A stretch of DNA of 64,000 nt from Antedon mediterranea (lineage: Eukaryota > Animalia > Echinodermata). Location of the stretch: assembly GCF_964355755.1 (NCBI RefSeq), contig NC_092676.1, positions 26,368,871 through 26,432,870 on the forward strand, read 5' to 3'. Shown one piece after another: positions 51,401 through 64,000 of this stretch; within the stretch, counting starts at the first letter, position 1; the number at the start of each line of letters is the position of its first letter. Both the position numbers and the translations under genes were made by a program. The notes beneath the pieces are model-generated. The model worked only from the letters and a program-made list of their open reading frames with translations. It had not been told where the DNA came from and did no database searches.

Positions 51401-54113
51401 TGCCTTTTGCAATTTGATGTAATTTTCTTTGTTGTTTTATTGTCTTAATTATGCCAAGCAAAATAAATTTCAATTTTAAAAGTAAACCAATACAATTTCT
51501 TGAATCTTGAATCTTTTAACCAAGTTATTTTATTTCATTTATTTTAGGTTCACCAAGCCAAATGCCAGTTCTTACCCATTCCTTGTCCAAATATGTGTGG
51601 ATGTTTATGTAATTTAGCAGAAATAGAAAATCATCTTGCAGTATCTTGTGAGAAACGGCAGGTGCCATGTCAGTTTTGCCAATGTATGGTTCAACTAGAC
51701 AGAATGCAGGTAAGAATATTGTGTATTGTTTGGAAATGTTTCATAGTAGAAATGCATATACTGTAATAAGAGGACACGGCCTTCGGGACCCAATAATGTA
51801 TCTTCTTGCAATCACATAGTTGTCTCCTTTTTCCTATTGTTTTATATTTCCCCTCATTCGTTTCATGATAGGGTTCCCCCTGAATAAGGTTGCAGCAATG
51901 GAGTTTGGGGAAGGGGGGCTCTTCTCTGTTTTATATGAAAAATTAACCCCAACATAAAATGGGAAAATTCTTTTTTTTATGTCAAATAACTCATACTCAA
52001 ACATAAGACTTTAATTGAATTAATTTTTTTTTCTCCCAGCATCATCATAAAGGATGCCCAAAAGTGAGTGTAAAATGTCCTCATTGTGAAGAGATGATTA
52101 TACAGGAGATGTTACAGTCACACATTGACATGCAGTGCTCTAAGGTAGAGGTACCATGCGCATTTACAACAGTGGGCTGCAAAGAAAAGGTCAGTGTACC
52201 CAAATATGGTAGTGATATGTCCAAATATGGTGGTGGTATGCCCAAATATGGTAGTGATATGACATCATGTCCATATATGGGGCACATCACATTTTTTTGT
52301 CACATAAAGTTTGATAGTGTAGACAAGGCTTTAATCTGTACATACTATAATACCACAATTTCTGCCACAAAGGGTTTCGAATGGTGTATGGCACCATGTG
52401 ATTGCCACCATGTAAGACAATCTACCGTATACAGAAGCAGACACACTGCTGTCGTCTCAAAAAAAACAAATTTGTTTCCGATTTGATTTGGATATCTTAG
52501 GTCTCTTATAGGCTGATCTAAAGGGAGGGAGCAAGCAAAAATAATAGTGCAAGCGACAGATTAAGTTCAGCACTTTTTAGGCCTTACCACCTCTGTTTCA
52601 AAATCTTGAATCAATCAATATTAATCTGATATATTTTCAATTTCATTTATTCATGGTCAAACACAGTAAAATGTAGTACATGATTTGAAATTATTTTTGT
52701 TTGTTCAAAGTTAAAAATTCACATAAAAATGCAGATAAAATACATTGTTTAAAATATAAGAAAAAAATCTCAATGTAATAAAGTAATAAACGGATTAAAG
52801 TGCTGGAAAACAATATTACAGAAGATTGATTATAAAAGAAGGAAAAAAAAACAAGGAGTGAAAAAATGTTATAACAATAATAATAAGGATATTAACAGAG
52901 ACGTTTATAAAACCTTTGCAATGTGTTTGACATTGCGCCAAAGGCGTATATTTGATTATTCTTCTTCTTTAATCTATTTCAGATGAAAAGGGAGTTGTTA
53001 GAAAAACATTTAGAGAAGTGCATTCATCAGCACATGGCACTCCTTACAAATAGTCTGATACGATTTCAGTTTTCAGTGTCACAGTTGATCACAAACCAAC
53101 ACAGATCAATGGTAGAGGGTCCTTCACTAGACTTTGCGCCAGATTATAGAGGCCATATGAACGTAACTGGTGAAATGTTTCCACCAGGGTTAAGACCCCA
53201 TTATGTGCAAGATCCTATGGCATCTGAGTCATCTCCAGTACTCAGACCTTCGTTTGTGCACGATCCCTCCAATTTACAAAGACCAAGACTTTCAGAAGAT
53301 TCTCATACATCTGGAGTGTCATCCATATCTAGCAGTATGGAAAGTCTGCAAGTACAACAGTCGGAATATAGTCAGCAACCCCGTAGGTATCAGGCCTGGC
53401 CGATTTCAAGAGGCGGTAAGACGGAACATTGGCAATCAAAGCAAGACGGACGTAATTCCCCAGAAGTACTCGTACTGAAAGACCGATTAAAGTATCAGGA
53501 GCAAAAAACTGCCGTGCAAGAACAGAAAATATTTGAACTGCACACTAAGGTTCGAAGTGGAGATCAAAAGCTAGCAGAGAAGGATGAAACCATAGATTCG
53601 TTGAGAGATCAACTTAGGAACATAGAAGCACGAAACTGTGCGGGAAAATTTTATTGGAAATTAGAACAATTTAGTAGTCTTTGCGAAGAAGCAAACTTAA
53701 AAGGTTCGGATTCTGTCGTAAGGCATAGCCAAGGATTTTACACAAGTTTCCATGGTTATAAACTATGCGTGCGGGTAAATATAAATTTTAAAGATCCGAA
53801 TAAAGGCTACGTCGCTCTGTTTATTCACTTTATGAAGGGCGAGTTTGACGATTATTTGGAATGGCCATTTGAGGGTAACATAACATTATCTATTGAGGAT
53901 CAAAACATTGACTATATAAAACGCAAACACATCAGTGAAACGTTGATCGCAAAGCCAGGTTTGGCTGCTTTTGACAAACCTGCTAGCAACCGCAATCACA
54001 AGGGTTTTGGGTATATGGAGTTTGCGCCGTTAGCATCGATAGATAACGGAACTTACGTTAAAGATGGAGCAATCGTAATCAAGGTTATTGTATGTCCTAC
54101 CTCTGATAAGTAG
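42409..54113 (+). CDS. TRAF6: TNF receptor-associated factor 6 (approx. exons 42409-42665, 43185-43236, 49858-49956, 51548-51709, 52040-52189, 52983-54113)
   Basis: [43 protein letters not shown] RING (TRAF6-type), TRAF zinc fingers, coiled coil, and MATH domain ending RNHKGFGYMEF. Confidence 0.93.
44806..45030 (-). mobile_element. Diverged partial Deu/Nin SINE
   Basis: Reverse complement of the SINE head and core. Confidence 0.8.
45510..45970. repeat. Four tandem copies of a 105-120 bp unit
   Basis: ACAAATTATTTGCCCAGAATGTGG...GAGAATAGGAAATAATATT recurs at about 45510, 45630, 45738 and 45858. Confidence 0.9.
46232..46691. repeat. 19-bp G/T-rich minisatellite, about 24 copies
   Basis: GTTGGAGTCTGGTGGTGAT units with a central block of variant GTTAGAGTCTGGTGGTGAG. 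Confidence 0.95.
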
Positions 54114-57100
54114 TAGTTTTTGAATAAAATTAAGACTTTAAAATATTTTGCGCCTTAAAAATGAAAGGAAAAAATGTAGAATTTTTTTTGTAACCCATTA
54201 TACAAGAAGGCCCTAATTTTGTTTTATTATATTTTATTAAAATAATAAGTCTAGGGGATGTTCTGATTAAAGATAATTTGTATCTGACGTTATTTTATTT
54301 CTATTGTTTTCAGACACTTATTATACTTCACCTCAGCAAAGTTTTTTTACCAAGCTAAAATGTTCTTTTGTTTTAAATTATTTTACATTATTGTCCAATA
54401 TTTTGGATATTTCTTCAAAACTTTACAAATAGTGATTTGCTGTCTAAACTTGGTCTAAACAATTCCCTTCCCACGCCTATATCTGATAGTCTTACTAAAA
54501 TAAATGATAAAAAGATAGTGATTACTATTAGACAGTAGTCTTTTGATAAAATATAAAATTATTGCAACTCTACCAATATCCAAGATTAAAGGAAACTAAC
54601 TTTACTGAACGTTATTGATTGAAGTCCCTGATTTTTAACTGCACTTAAAGCAAGTACAGTAGTTAGAAACAAGAGCACACTGGCTTTATAAACATGATTA
54701 TGCAATATAGAGATCTACTAATAATTCCTAGCTGAGTTCAGTCAATATTAACATAATTACTAGTAATATAAAACATTTTCTGCCTTTAATTGTAACAAAA
54801 AAAAAGATTAAAAAATTCATTAAGCCTGTAAAAACCTATATCTGTATTTAGCAATGTAAAATGTATATAAAAAATAAGAAGTATGGTAACAAATTTGTTT
54901 CATCTTGTTTTGTTATTGATTGATAATGAATATTTTTTTAATTAAAAAAAATTAGCAATCGCAAATACAGTGGTTTATATCCATGAAAGTTAACAATACA
55001 ACTTAAAAACCAATGTTTTCGTGTTAAAAGTACTTTATTAAATTTTAAAACCTAAAACATTCTTACAAGATACATACTTTTTGATTAAAGATAATCTGGA
55101 AAAAAACATTTTTCAATATGCCATTTCAATGTTGCATAATAGTTATTTATTTTGACCAAAAATTGGATCAGAAAAAAAAACCAATTTACTTTATAAAAAA
55201 AATGTAATTTAAAGAAAAAATATAACGGAAACCCATTGTCTGTCAAACAATGGGTTTTTTGTTAAATTTAACCGTTTATTTTGTCTTTTTATAAGTTAAA
55301 TCATCATTTTTATTCCGTTTTTTTTAACGGAAGTCAATAACTATATTAAACCTGCAACCTGGCATATTCAGGGTTAGATTTTATTCATCAAGACATTTTT
55401 TTACCAAAATTTAAAGTTATAACTTAGAAATGTTTTCAATTTAATATAAATGCAGTACCTGGTCATTTTGGCAATTCATTTGGTAATTCATTTGGTAATT
55501 TCACATTGTGCGAGTTTGGAATGAAAAGGGGAATTCCCTATTTGAAAGGTTACACAACTGTGATATATATAGTATAGTATTACACATGATATAGTGTGTT
55601 TTGTTTTAAGAATATGAATCATATAAATAGCTGTAATTCGTTGAATTATGTATTTATGAACATCTTATTTCCTATGGGAAAAAAATTGTTTAGTTCAGTG
55701 GACTAATGCATTAAACACGACATGATTTTTATTAGTTGCAATGTTAGCATTATCAAATTTAAATGGAGTGAATTTTGCCTAAACTGATTTGAAAATTGTA
55801 CAGTTGGGAAAGCATTCTCTTTATTCGGTAAATTTTGTTCAGTATGAAATTAACTTCATACTTTTTATCTAAACATCTAAATATATTTATTGACAGCACT
55901 TACCGTTTTTGGAAGAATGTAATAACAAATATCTTCCAGGATAAATTAAGCAATTATTTTATAAAAAGTGATATATTTAAGTTAATATTAAAACCAAATA
56001 TGGTCATGTAGGTTGATAAACCAATTATTATAAATATAAAACCTAGTTTTTGAGTGCTTAATTTATGTATAGGTGCAAACTAGTGACGAACACAATCTGA
56101 ACTTATTACAATAAATTTACTAGCATGAAGAAAAACTATTGTTGTTTTTCTTGTGAGTAAATAGTTACCTGTATAGTGCAGAAACCTAATTCTAATCATT
56201 ATATTCAATCATTTTTGTTTGTGTTGTGTTCCTCTAAATATTGAATTACATTTATTTATAATTTGGATTATAAATTTCCTTGTTTTGTAAACAGTCACAA
56301 CAGGAACCTCTTAAGCACCGTCTTCACTATTAAACTAGTATAATGTGCCCAAATATGGTAGTAATATGCCCTAATATGGTAGTGATATGACATCATAATG
56401 TCCATATATGGGCACATCACATTTTTTTGTCACATAACTAGTTTAATAGTGTATAGAGCGTTACATTCCAAATATGAGTTTATCACCTACTTCAGCAGGC
56501 ACATTTCTTTTGTTATAGTTTTAAGCACTATTGTCTACACTATCAAACTTTATGTGACAACAAAATGTGATGTGCCCAAATATGGACATGATGATGTCAT
56601 ATCACTACTATATTTTGTCTTGCTTAAGTTATTTACTATCATACTGAGTGGGCTTTATTTTATTGTGCATTTATTTATATTTTTTGTTAAATTCTTAGTT
56701 TTTTTCCCCATAGAAATTTGTACAATCAACGCCTACATTATAGAAATATAAACACAAATCTATTATTATTATCATCTACTTTGAATGTATTCTACATTCA
56801 CTGTTCATACACATTAGTATTTAATGTTCTATCTGCCGACATTACATGGTTACTAATAGCATTTGTTTTCTGTTAACAAAAAAAAGTGTTAATTTACTAG
56901 CCTACTAGCCGACAGTGAGCAAACACACGTTTAAGTGCTAAGAGTTATTTTATCTCGCTAAGCCATGCATTTATTAGCAAATCAAAGGGTTTTCCCATTA
57001 GTTTTTTGCGGTTTATATTGCGCTTCATCAAAACGGAAATGACAGGTATATCAGCTGATAACATTACAACCCTGGATGTAAAAAAAGACTTTTTAGAGTA

Positions 57101-58382
57101 GGCAATTGAAATATTCTGTTGATGGTGTAAACATGTTTGTTTACTTATCAACTGATCTTATATCCATATCTCTTGTTATCAGGGTTTTTCTCATAGTGAA
57201 ATAGTATCGCTTACATGTGTGTGTTGCAATTTTTTTTTAAATAGATACATTTATTTAGTTGGATGCAGTAGGAACACATCAAACAATTGCAATATATTTA
57301 TGGTTGGCTACCAATCAATATTAGCTTTTTTTCTTATGTTAACTATCAAATTTTGATGTGGCGATATACTGTATTCGCATGATGTCATATCACTACCTAA
57401 TTTGGGTAAATCACACCTTTTTTGTCAAACTAGTTTGACAGCATTGACAGAGCAGTACTGAAACTACTGTATCTTAATTTGTTCTGTATCTTATGGAAGT
57501 TCCATGCTACAGTGTCACAACTGTATGATTGGAATAATTTAAAGGTTTGGTTATAATTTATGGTAAAACTGATGCTGTATTTAAAAATTTGCCTAGATAC
57601 CCTGCTAAATAAGCACTTTTTTAAAGAAAATAACATGTAATATTATATTTATATTATTTTGCAATATTCATAATATAAATTTTAAGATATAGGATATTTT
57701 AAGATTTAAGATATAATAGGGAAATCATGTAGACAAAGTGTATAAACACCATGCTGGTACTTTTTTCTAGTCTAGACCAATACAATGACATTCTACCACT
57801 TTTTCAATGGGCTCTAGAGAGCAATTTCTTCCAAGAAATACTGTACATATTTTTAAATAATGAAATTTAAGAAGGGAATAGGGAACTATTTTTAAATTGC
57901 AAATCAGCTTAGACAAACACCACATAATGCATTCAAATCTTCTCAAGAAATTTATTTCTAAACAACTACATCAATGATAATTTAATTCTATTTCGTAAAG
58001 GGAAAAATCTGAAAATCTTTACTTTTTATTATAACTTGCACCTGCTAAAAACATGTCTAAGTACAAATTAAATTACAGTACATGATACAAGATGCACCAA
58101 TACTACATGACAACTGTAAAATTTAATGTGATAGAAAAGAAAGATATTCTGTTATATGATATCGTTTGATAGTTTTCCAACAACGGAACTAAAATCAAAA
58201 GTGTTGGTTGAGTAGTGGAAAAATTACCTTAATATTTAAAATGTTTTTCACTATCATAAGCACTGTACATTATTGGAAAAGTAAGCACTTAAAAAGTTCA
58301 ACATAAAGTCACACATTTTAACTACTGTTCAGATGGCACGAAAGTATATTTAGAGCATGAGTTAGCAATAGCATGTGTCTAA

Positions 58383-58510
58383 AGCTTGGTTTCCACTTGG
58401 ACGCAACGACGTAGAAGCAATGACAGTTTGAATAATACATCGCTTGTGATTGGTAAAATCGCTTACGTTGCATTACGTCATTGTGTTTCGTCTCCAGTGG
58501 GAACCACGCA
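58383..58510. mobile_element. Short Harbinger-like MITE of a second family
   Basis: Imperfect TIR AGCTTGGTTTCCACT / AGTGGGAACCACGCA with TAA/TTA flanks. Confidence 0.55.
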
Positions 58511-58595
58511 TTATCAACTAAAGTCTGAAACATACCTATTGGGTGGATGTCCCTGATAGTTACAAATCAGAAAACATCCACGCAATAGAGATGTA

Positions 58596-59032
58596 CCGTA
58601 TATTTCGGTGTATAAGTCGCACCTGTGTATAAGACGCACCCCCTAACTGAGAGTAAAATATCGGTATTTTTTATATCGTCGGTGTATAAAACGCACCTTA
58701 TATTTCATCAAAACAATGTTTTTTTAAATTGTAATCAATATTATTGTAATAATATATTTTAAATTTTATCGCCATAATGAACAAATCTTTTCATCATATT
58801 TAGTATAACATCATGCTAAAATGCCTTGAAAACTAGGCAGAAGCAGGTTGCCGTTACGTTAGTTAGTTACTGTAGCTAGGCCTAGCCTACTCAGGCCTAG
58901 CAAACGAGGTGACGATAGCCTATATGTACAATCTGTGTGGTGAGGCATTTATGTTCGGTGTATAAGACGCACTTTTAATTTAGAGGTCAAATTTGCGTAT
59001 CAAAAGTGCGACTTATACACCGAAATATACGG
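58596..59032. mobile_element. pogo/Tigger-type MITE
   Basis: Perfect 27-bp TIR CCGTATATTTCGGTGTATAAGTCGCAC with TA TSD. Confidence 0.92.
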
Positions 59033-59442
59033 TACATAGTGATTTTGTTGAAATGCTATAACATTATTTTAAATATGGGAAAGGGGAGGGGGGCATGGGA
59101 GATTTATTAAAATTAATTTTAATTACTGAAATTCGTTTGCACAATCGAATGTATTTGTACATATTTTTACTTTTTTTATATACAAAAAGAACACATAAAT
59201 TACCATATTAATTAATTCAATGTATTTAATTCAACACTTTACTTTTACTAAATTGTTAAAAATGTATTGTCTTATTTATCTCATAATTGTAACAATTTAA
59301 ATTGATCCTAATTGTAAGCATAATAATAGTCTATTGTAAATTGGGAAAGTTGTTATTTAATTCTACTTTTTGCATAAATTAACATTCAGCTTGTTTTAAT
59401 CTCTCTTTCTAAAGCTCTGTCTACACTATTGATTGATTGAAA

Positions 59443-59742
59443 TTTATTTTTATACTGGGTAACCTCTTCAGTCAAAGACTGGTCTCCCAGAGGGCCCAGT
59501 TGGCGATCAGTGGCTGTGATGTACTAATACACCGGGGTAACCCCCTACTCGTCTCGAAAGATGTACTAGGTTCTTTAAAGTGCACACGAGCAAGTTGTGT
59601 ACACTGGACCTACGGTTTATAGTCCTTATCCGAGAAGACTTGTTCTACCACCAGAACCATGGAGTGAGTGAGCCTCAAACCCCTGCCGATGTTATGGCTA
59701 CGTGATTACGGTTCCACTGTCTTAACCGCTCGGCCACTCACC
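59443..59742 (-). mobile_element. Full-length Deu/Nin SINE inserted inside a Harbinger MITE (59413-59834)
   Basis: Reverse complement of the SINE; MITE TIRs with TAA TSD lie on both sides. Confidence 0.88.
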
Positions 59743-59902
59743 CACAAATATGGTAGTGATATGACATCGTCGTATCCATATATGGGCATATCAAATTTTG
59801 TTGTCACATAATGTTCGATAGTGTAGACAGAGCTTAACTTTCCTTAACATATTCAGTCCATTTCTTAATATATATCATGGTAAATAATTTTTAATTCTGC
59901 AT

Positions 59903-62091
59903 TTACTGAGCGCTGACTTGTCTCCGCCTTGCTTGTCGTTGACGGTCAAATCTTGCTTCCATCTCTTCTAGAACTTTGGGTGTGTATCGGACGACTAATT
60001 TCACATTTCCATGTGCGGATTTCAATAACTCTACAGCTTTTTCATGCTGTTCACCTTCCACAGACTGTTAAAAACAAGAATAATTGTTTATTGTCGATCA
60101 AATGTTGTCTATATTTTGTTTCTAAATATTAAAACTTTGAAATAGCTCTAAAGCTCTGAGTACCATATCACACAAGTGTGACGTGCCCAAATATGGTAGT
60201 GATATTTATATCATCATGTCGATCATATTTTTTTGTCACATCAAGTTTGATAGTGTAGACAGAGCTTTAGAAAATTCTGGTTTTCGGAGGGTTTCTGGTT
60301 TTTAATTTCATTTATTTAAATATTTTCATTGAAGTGGAGATGTACAGTTTTTAAATACTTAAACCTCATGTTTACAAGTAAAACCCATTCAATAAACTCA
60401 TGAGTGTGTGTCAAAATAGGAAGAGCTAATTAATTAGGATGTGCTGTTGGTTTCCTTTAAAAGGCATAGTAAAAGGTTGACAAAAAAAAAGAAAACTGTA
60501 AAAACTTGGATTGCTGTCAAGCTCTGTCTACACTATCAAAATAGTTTGACAAAAAAAGTGATGTGCCCAAATATGGTAGTGATATGACATCACAATTTTT
60601 TGTTACGTAAAGTTTGATAGTGTAGATAAAGGTTTATATTTCACAGCCAGTAACTTGGAATAGAATGTTGTATGTTTCAAACTGGTTTATAATATTGTAT
60701 CCTAGATTTATTTTATTTATTTCTTTATTCTGACATAAAATCATAGGATAAAAAAACAATAAAGTACCAAGACGGCAAACTTATTTCCATTGTGGTCCTA
60801 GATGGTAGAAGATCCACAACAATCAACTTACCACGCCATTAACGGATAGCAATTGGTCACCTCTTTTAAGACCACCGTGTCGATCTGCGACACCTCCAGG
60901 TATTATGCGTGAAATATAGATAGGAGAGTTCTGTTCTTTACCACCCATTACGTTAAAGCCTAAACCTTCATCAGTCTTTGGTAGTTCAACGACTCTGGGG
61001 TGGGCGTGGCCCTCACTTGCAGCGAAGGCAGCCACTGTTGCCTAAAGAGGAATGGGTAGAAACATAGTTAAAGTACCAATCTATATCAATTTAAGAATTT
61101 TTTTTCACCCTAGACAAGGTATGAGCAAGGCAATCTAACCTTGGACACTGAGCTCGCCTTGCCAAGATAGTACTTGCCAGCAGTACTGTACTACTATGTA
61201 CACAAGTCCGCTGTGTGTGGCGTCTGTTAAGGGACATGGAACTGATTGTGCTGCAGCCACAGATAAACCCTTTGATCTCCGGAGCTCAGCATCCTGTTGT
61301 TAGATTGCCTTGTTATGAGTACCAAGAATTGATCAAATAATGGATGTTATGTAATATGTAATTAAAACAACATGCAGGAGGTTGTATGACGTTGCTTAGG
61401 ATACCTTTGCGGTAGCATTGGCTCGGACCTCTGGATTGCCTTGGATGTCGACGGTCTCGTACACGTGTTCATACACTTCTCGTACAGCATTGAAGAAGTC
61501 ACTTTCAAGGACCTTCTGTAGAGCAATTAGCTTTTGTGTTGGGACTTCACCGCCTAAAAAAATGATAAATATTATTACTGTTAGTTACAGTACTGTTGTT
61601 GATTTAAATACCTGCTTTGTACAGTAGTTGATTATTAATTATTTCTTCATTTATTTATATACTAGGCCTATAGATAGAATAATGCTTGTAAGATTTTTTT
61701 GATTTTTTAAATCAATATATTTTTACTTACTTCTCTGCAACCCTTTTAACAGTTCAATAGCTCTTGATACATCTAAAAAACAAAAATATGACTCTTACAT
61801 TATTCTAGGCCAATGCCCTATGTAGAAGACGGGAAGAATACTATTTATTAGCCTAGCAAAACTTTTCTTTCAGTGGAGTGTCATTGCGTAGCAGAATTGG
61901 GACGAGGCCTGGACGTTATGTAAATTGAGATGAGAATATCTACTTTCATTTCTTAACTTTTTATTAAAAAAATACAACCCAGCTATAATTTATTAATTAT
62001 ACAACTTCATGAACGTGTATTTAGAAGGTTTTGTTTTAAGTAATCCTTATTATTTACCTCTTTCAAGTGTCAATTCTTGTGTAGTTGCCAT
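59903..62091 (-). CDS. LIN7: Protein lin-7 homolog (L27 + PDZ), 5 exons (approx. 62058-62091, 61731-61772, 61405-61553, 60832-61041, 59903-60064)
   Basis: [20 protein letters not shown]...[69 protein letters not shown]...[18 protein letters not shown]. Confidence 0.97.
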
Positions 62092-62281
62092 TTTCATTAT
62101 TGACCAATCCTAAAACAAATTGTCTAGCGCCCTCTAAATTAAGTTTTAAAAGGACGTACTTAGTACCAACAGTGCGATTTTTTGATTGACAGATGTTTAT
62201 CAATTCATTCAACCGTTACGATTTCAGACGAACTTTCACCTGTCGGAGTGGAGGCCTAGATTTAGAGAAAGCATTAATAAA
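62092..62281. promoter_or_regulatory. Bidirectional promoter between LIN7 and ACSS3
   Basis: Divergent ATGs about 190 bp apart; CCAAT at 62104; TAGCGCCCTCT at 62125. Confidence 0.75.
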
Positions 62282-64000
62282 ATGAACACTTTAAGAAATA
62301 CTTTAGAATTTATGAGGAGTAGGTCTAAATGTTGTTTAAATCTTGCAAATCAAGCACGTAAACTAAGCACACGACACCCTGTTAGATTAAAGCTAGCCGC
62401 GGGTGGTGTCCGGCGAGTTAGTTCAGCCTCAAATGACCTCCTTTATCAGTCCACTTTTGATAGAGCGAAGGACAACCCCTCTGAATTCTGGGCTGAGCAA
62501 GCAGAACAAATTGTGTGGTTTAAGCGATGGAACAAAGTTTTAGATGCAAGTAATTTACCCTTCACAAAATGGTAAGGTGTTGCTTTCTAAATAAATTAAA
62601 TAAACAAATTAAAAATTTTCTATCGGCACAGTTGACTGTACCTGAAAATTCTATCCGCATGTCTGTGCCGATAGTCAACATTTGTGTAGTGGCTATTGGC
62701 ACAGTTAGCAGTGCATGAAAAATTAATTGTTTCCTATCGTCAAGGTGAATCATGCATCTTTTATAATATGATAATAACTATATTTAGCTTATACTGTATA
62801 GCTTCAATGCTATTTATTATTTATCCGATATTTGCAAATGTACAATTACTGTATTATCCATATCACAATAGCATCTATCATGTATTACTCTTCTTACAAT
62901 TTTATAAATTGATAGGTTTGTTGGTGGCGAGTTAAACACTTGTTATAATGCAGTAGATCGTCATGTGGATGAAGGCAACGGCGAACGTGTTGCAATTATT
63001 CACGACAGTCCAGTCACAGATTCACAAAAAAAATTAACATACAACCAATTACAAGAAGAGGTAAAGTTTGTACTAGCTGAGCTGCTAACTGAATATTATA
63101 CCCTTGGTACACCAGCAGTGACGAAACAGCTATCAGCGCTCACTTGCTAGAGCCTCCGAGCATAAGGGGCCTCAGAGCATAAGCAGCCCCAATGCAACTA
63201 CCCAGCGTTGGAGGCCCGTATGAGTGCTAAACCAGGGCTTTTGCCCCCTGCGTTATGCTACTGTACATACATCTTATCTTTTATAACAATGCTGGCATAT
63301 TATCAAACTTTTATCGTTCTATTACAGACTTCAAAACTAGCCCGTGTACTTATAGACAATGGCATTAAAAAAGGAGACAGGGTGTTAATATATATGCCAA
63401 TGATACCAGAAGCTGTAGTAGCTATGCTGGCCACTGCTAGAGTTGGGGCTATTCATTCATTGGTCTTTGGCGGGTTTGCATCAAAGGAATTGGCCGTAAG
63501 GATTGACCATGCTAAGGTAACTTATAAGACTTTCTTTTTTTAAACTCCCCCACTTAATTTGAGGTTCATTTACATTATTCATCATCATCATCATTATCAT
63601 CATCATTCATTCATTCATCTCTTTATTTCGGAATACCATGATCACAAAATGTATTCATAGCAAATAATAAACTTAATCTAAGAAATCATTGTACAGCTAA
63701 ATACTGGTTATTTTTTATTGTAGCCAAAAATGGTACTATGTGCAAATGTTGGTTTAGAACCAGGTAGAATTGTTGATTATAAATCGATGCTGGACACTGC
63801 GATAGACTTGAGTGTGAACAAACCATATAAGTGCATAGTTTATAACAGACCAAATGTAAGTTTTATTGTAGTGGAAATACAGTCCTGTTAAATTAACATG
63901 CTTTGTTCTAGACAAACTTATTCTTCCTTGATAATACTATAGCAAATCAAGTACTGTACGCTGTAGTAGAATTGTGGCTTGTTGGTTATGATGCTTGGGT
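62282..64000 (+). CDS. ACSS3: Acyl-CoA synthetase short-chain family member 3, mitochondrial, 3'-truncated (exons approx. 62282-62571, 62916-63060, 63328-63516, 63724-63855)
   Basis: Basic transit peptide; [94 protein letters not shown]. Confidence 0.92.

Overview
AT-rich, intron-containing animal DNA, probably from an invertebrate deuterostome; the species cannot be determined from sequence. Gene order: 3' part of KIAA2026/BRD10 (+), intronless FABP (-), intronless NUPR1/p8-like (+), GBE1 (+, with a U12-type intron), TTC17 (-), TRAF6 (+), LIN7 (-), 5' part of ACSS3 (+). Non-coding DNA is dense in non-autonomous elements: Harbinger, P-type, Ginger-type, Mutator/Merlin-type, Tc1/pogo and Helentron MITEs, a Deu/Nin-domain tRNA-SINE, and minisatellites. 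Highlights: (1) signs of a P-element-type system, namely two 32-bp excision-footprint-like inserts with 7-bp TSDs, a 59-bp relic and an inverted same-site double insertion, all near promoter-like sequence; (2) a three-level nested insertion; (3) a kappaB-site cluster across TRAF6; (4) a compact TTC17-TRAF6-LIN7-ACSS3 block that may mirror the vertebrate TRAF6/RAG neighbourhood without RAG; (5) a tRNA-headed tandem repeat with partial hammerhead motifs; (6) CTAG/AGGCCT clusters marking gene 5' ends and two orphan promoters. Gene names come from recalled protein similarity, not database searches. Exon coordinates were read by eye and may be off by a few bases.
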